DNA of 32,000 nt from Fibrobacter succinogenes subsp. succinogenes S85 (GTDB lineage Bacteria > Fibrobacterota > Fibrobacteria > Fibrobacterales > Fibrobacteraceae): assembly GCF_000146505.1 (NCBI RefSeq), contig NC_017448.1, forward strand, positions 3,240,001 to 3,272,000. Direction: 5' to 3'. Position 1 is the stretch's first letter. Each line of letters begins with the position of its first letter. The notes under the pieces were generated by a model. The model was not told where the DNA came from. It searched no databases and saw only the letters and a program-made list of their open reading frames with translations. The position numbers were made by a program, and so were the translations under genes. This document shows, in pieces, positions 31,811-32,000 of the stretch.

Positions 31811-32000
31811 ATGACGAATGAATCTCAAATGAAACCTAAGGATTGGGCTGATGCTCATGGATTGAAGGTTGATGTGGTGATGAAGCTGCTCCGCGATGCA
31901 GGCGTTGCAGTTCGTACCCATATGTCCAAATTGGATATGGCAGACTTTGCTAAAATCGAGGATGCTGCCGCTGCCGAAAAACAGAAGCAGGATGCCCGCA
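31811..32000 (+). CDS. infB: translation initiation factor IF-2, N-terminal fragment (runs off the right edge)
   Basis: The frame is open from the ATG at 31811. MTNESQMKPKDWADAHGLKVDVVMKLLRDAGVAVRTHMSKLDMADF resembles the IF2_N domain. The gene order rimP-nusA-infB is conserved. Confidence 0.85.
   Translation, partial: MTNESQMKPKDWADAHGLKVDVVMKLLRDAGVAVRTHMSKLDMADFAKIEDAAAAEKQKQDAR

Overview
No database or folding tool was run, so all family calls rest on motifs read from the translations and all structures were paired by hand. The window looks like a chromosomal segment of a Fibrobacter-type genome. That assignment is an inference from a fibro-slime-domain lipoprotein and a TIGR02147-like paralog, both recognised from memory. 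I support about 30 protein genes and one tRNA-Gln(CUG). I found no rRNA, CRISPR array, transposase or phage genes. Housekeeping genes recognised from motifs are an RsmB/RsmF-type m5C methyltransferase, trxA, hisF, tldD, clpB, hisC followed by an IMPase-family (HisN-like) gene, comEC, a XerD-like recombinase, and rimP-nusA-infB (infB truncated at the right edge). Lineage-specific envelope genes sit between them: an HTH protein translationally coupled to a lipoprotein, an M43-like metalloprotease lipoprotein with a DUF4416-like gene, and a PD40-repeat lipoprotein with a beta-barrel protein. The best candidate for an undescribed system is a tightly packed five-gene operon at 22834-27405. It encodes an outer-membrane beta-barrel, a tail-anchored STAS protein, a degenerate LytM protein, a Cys-rich lipoprotein and a Nudix-like protein, and it lacks the usual partners of any of these domains. 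Non-coding highlights follow. (1) A REP-like element family built from TTAGAAC heptamer arrays plus a 35-nt core occurs 4 times, always abutting stop codons. (2) A near-consensus sigma54 -24/-12 promoter lies in front of clpB. (3) An iteron-like, A-tract-rich 420-bp region lies next to the tRNA. (4) A 33-nt palindrome lies in the divergent region upstream of the fibro-slime gene. (5) A repeat-rich 600-bp gap contains a terminator-like hairpin with no upstream gene.
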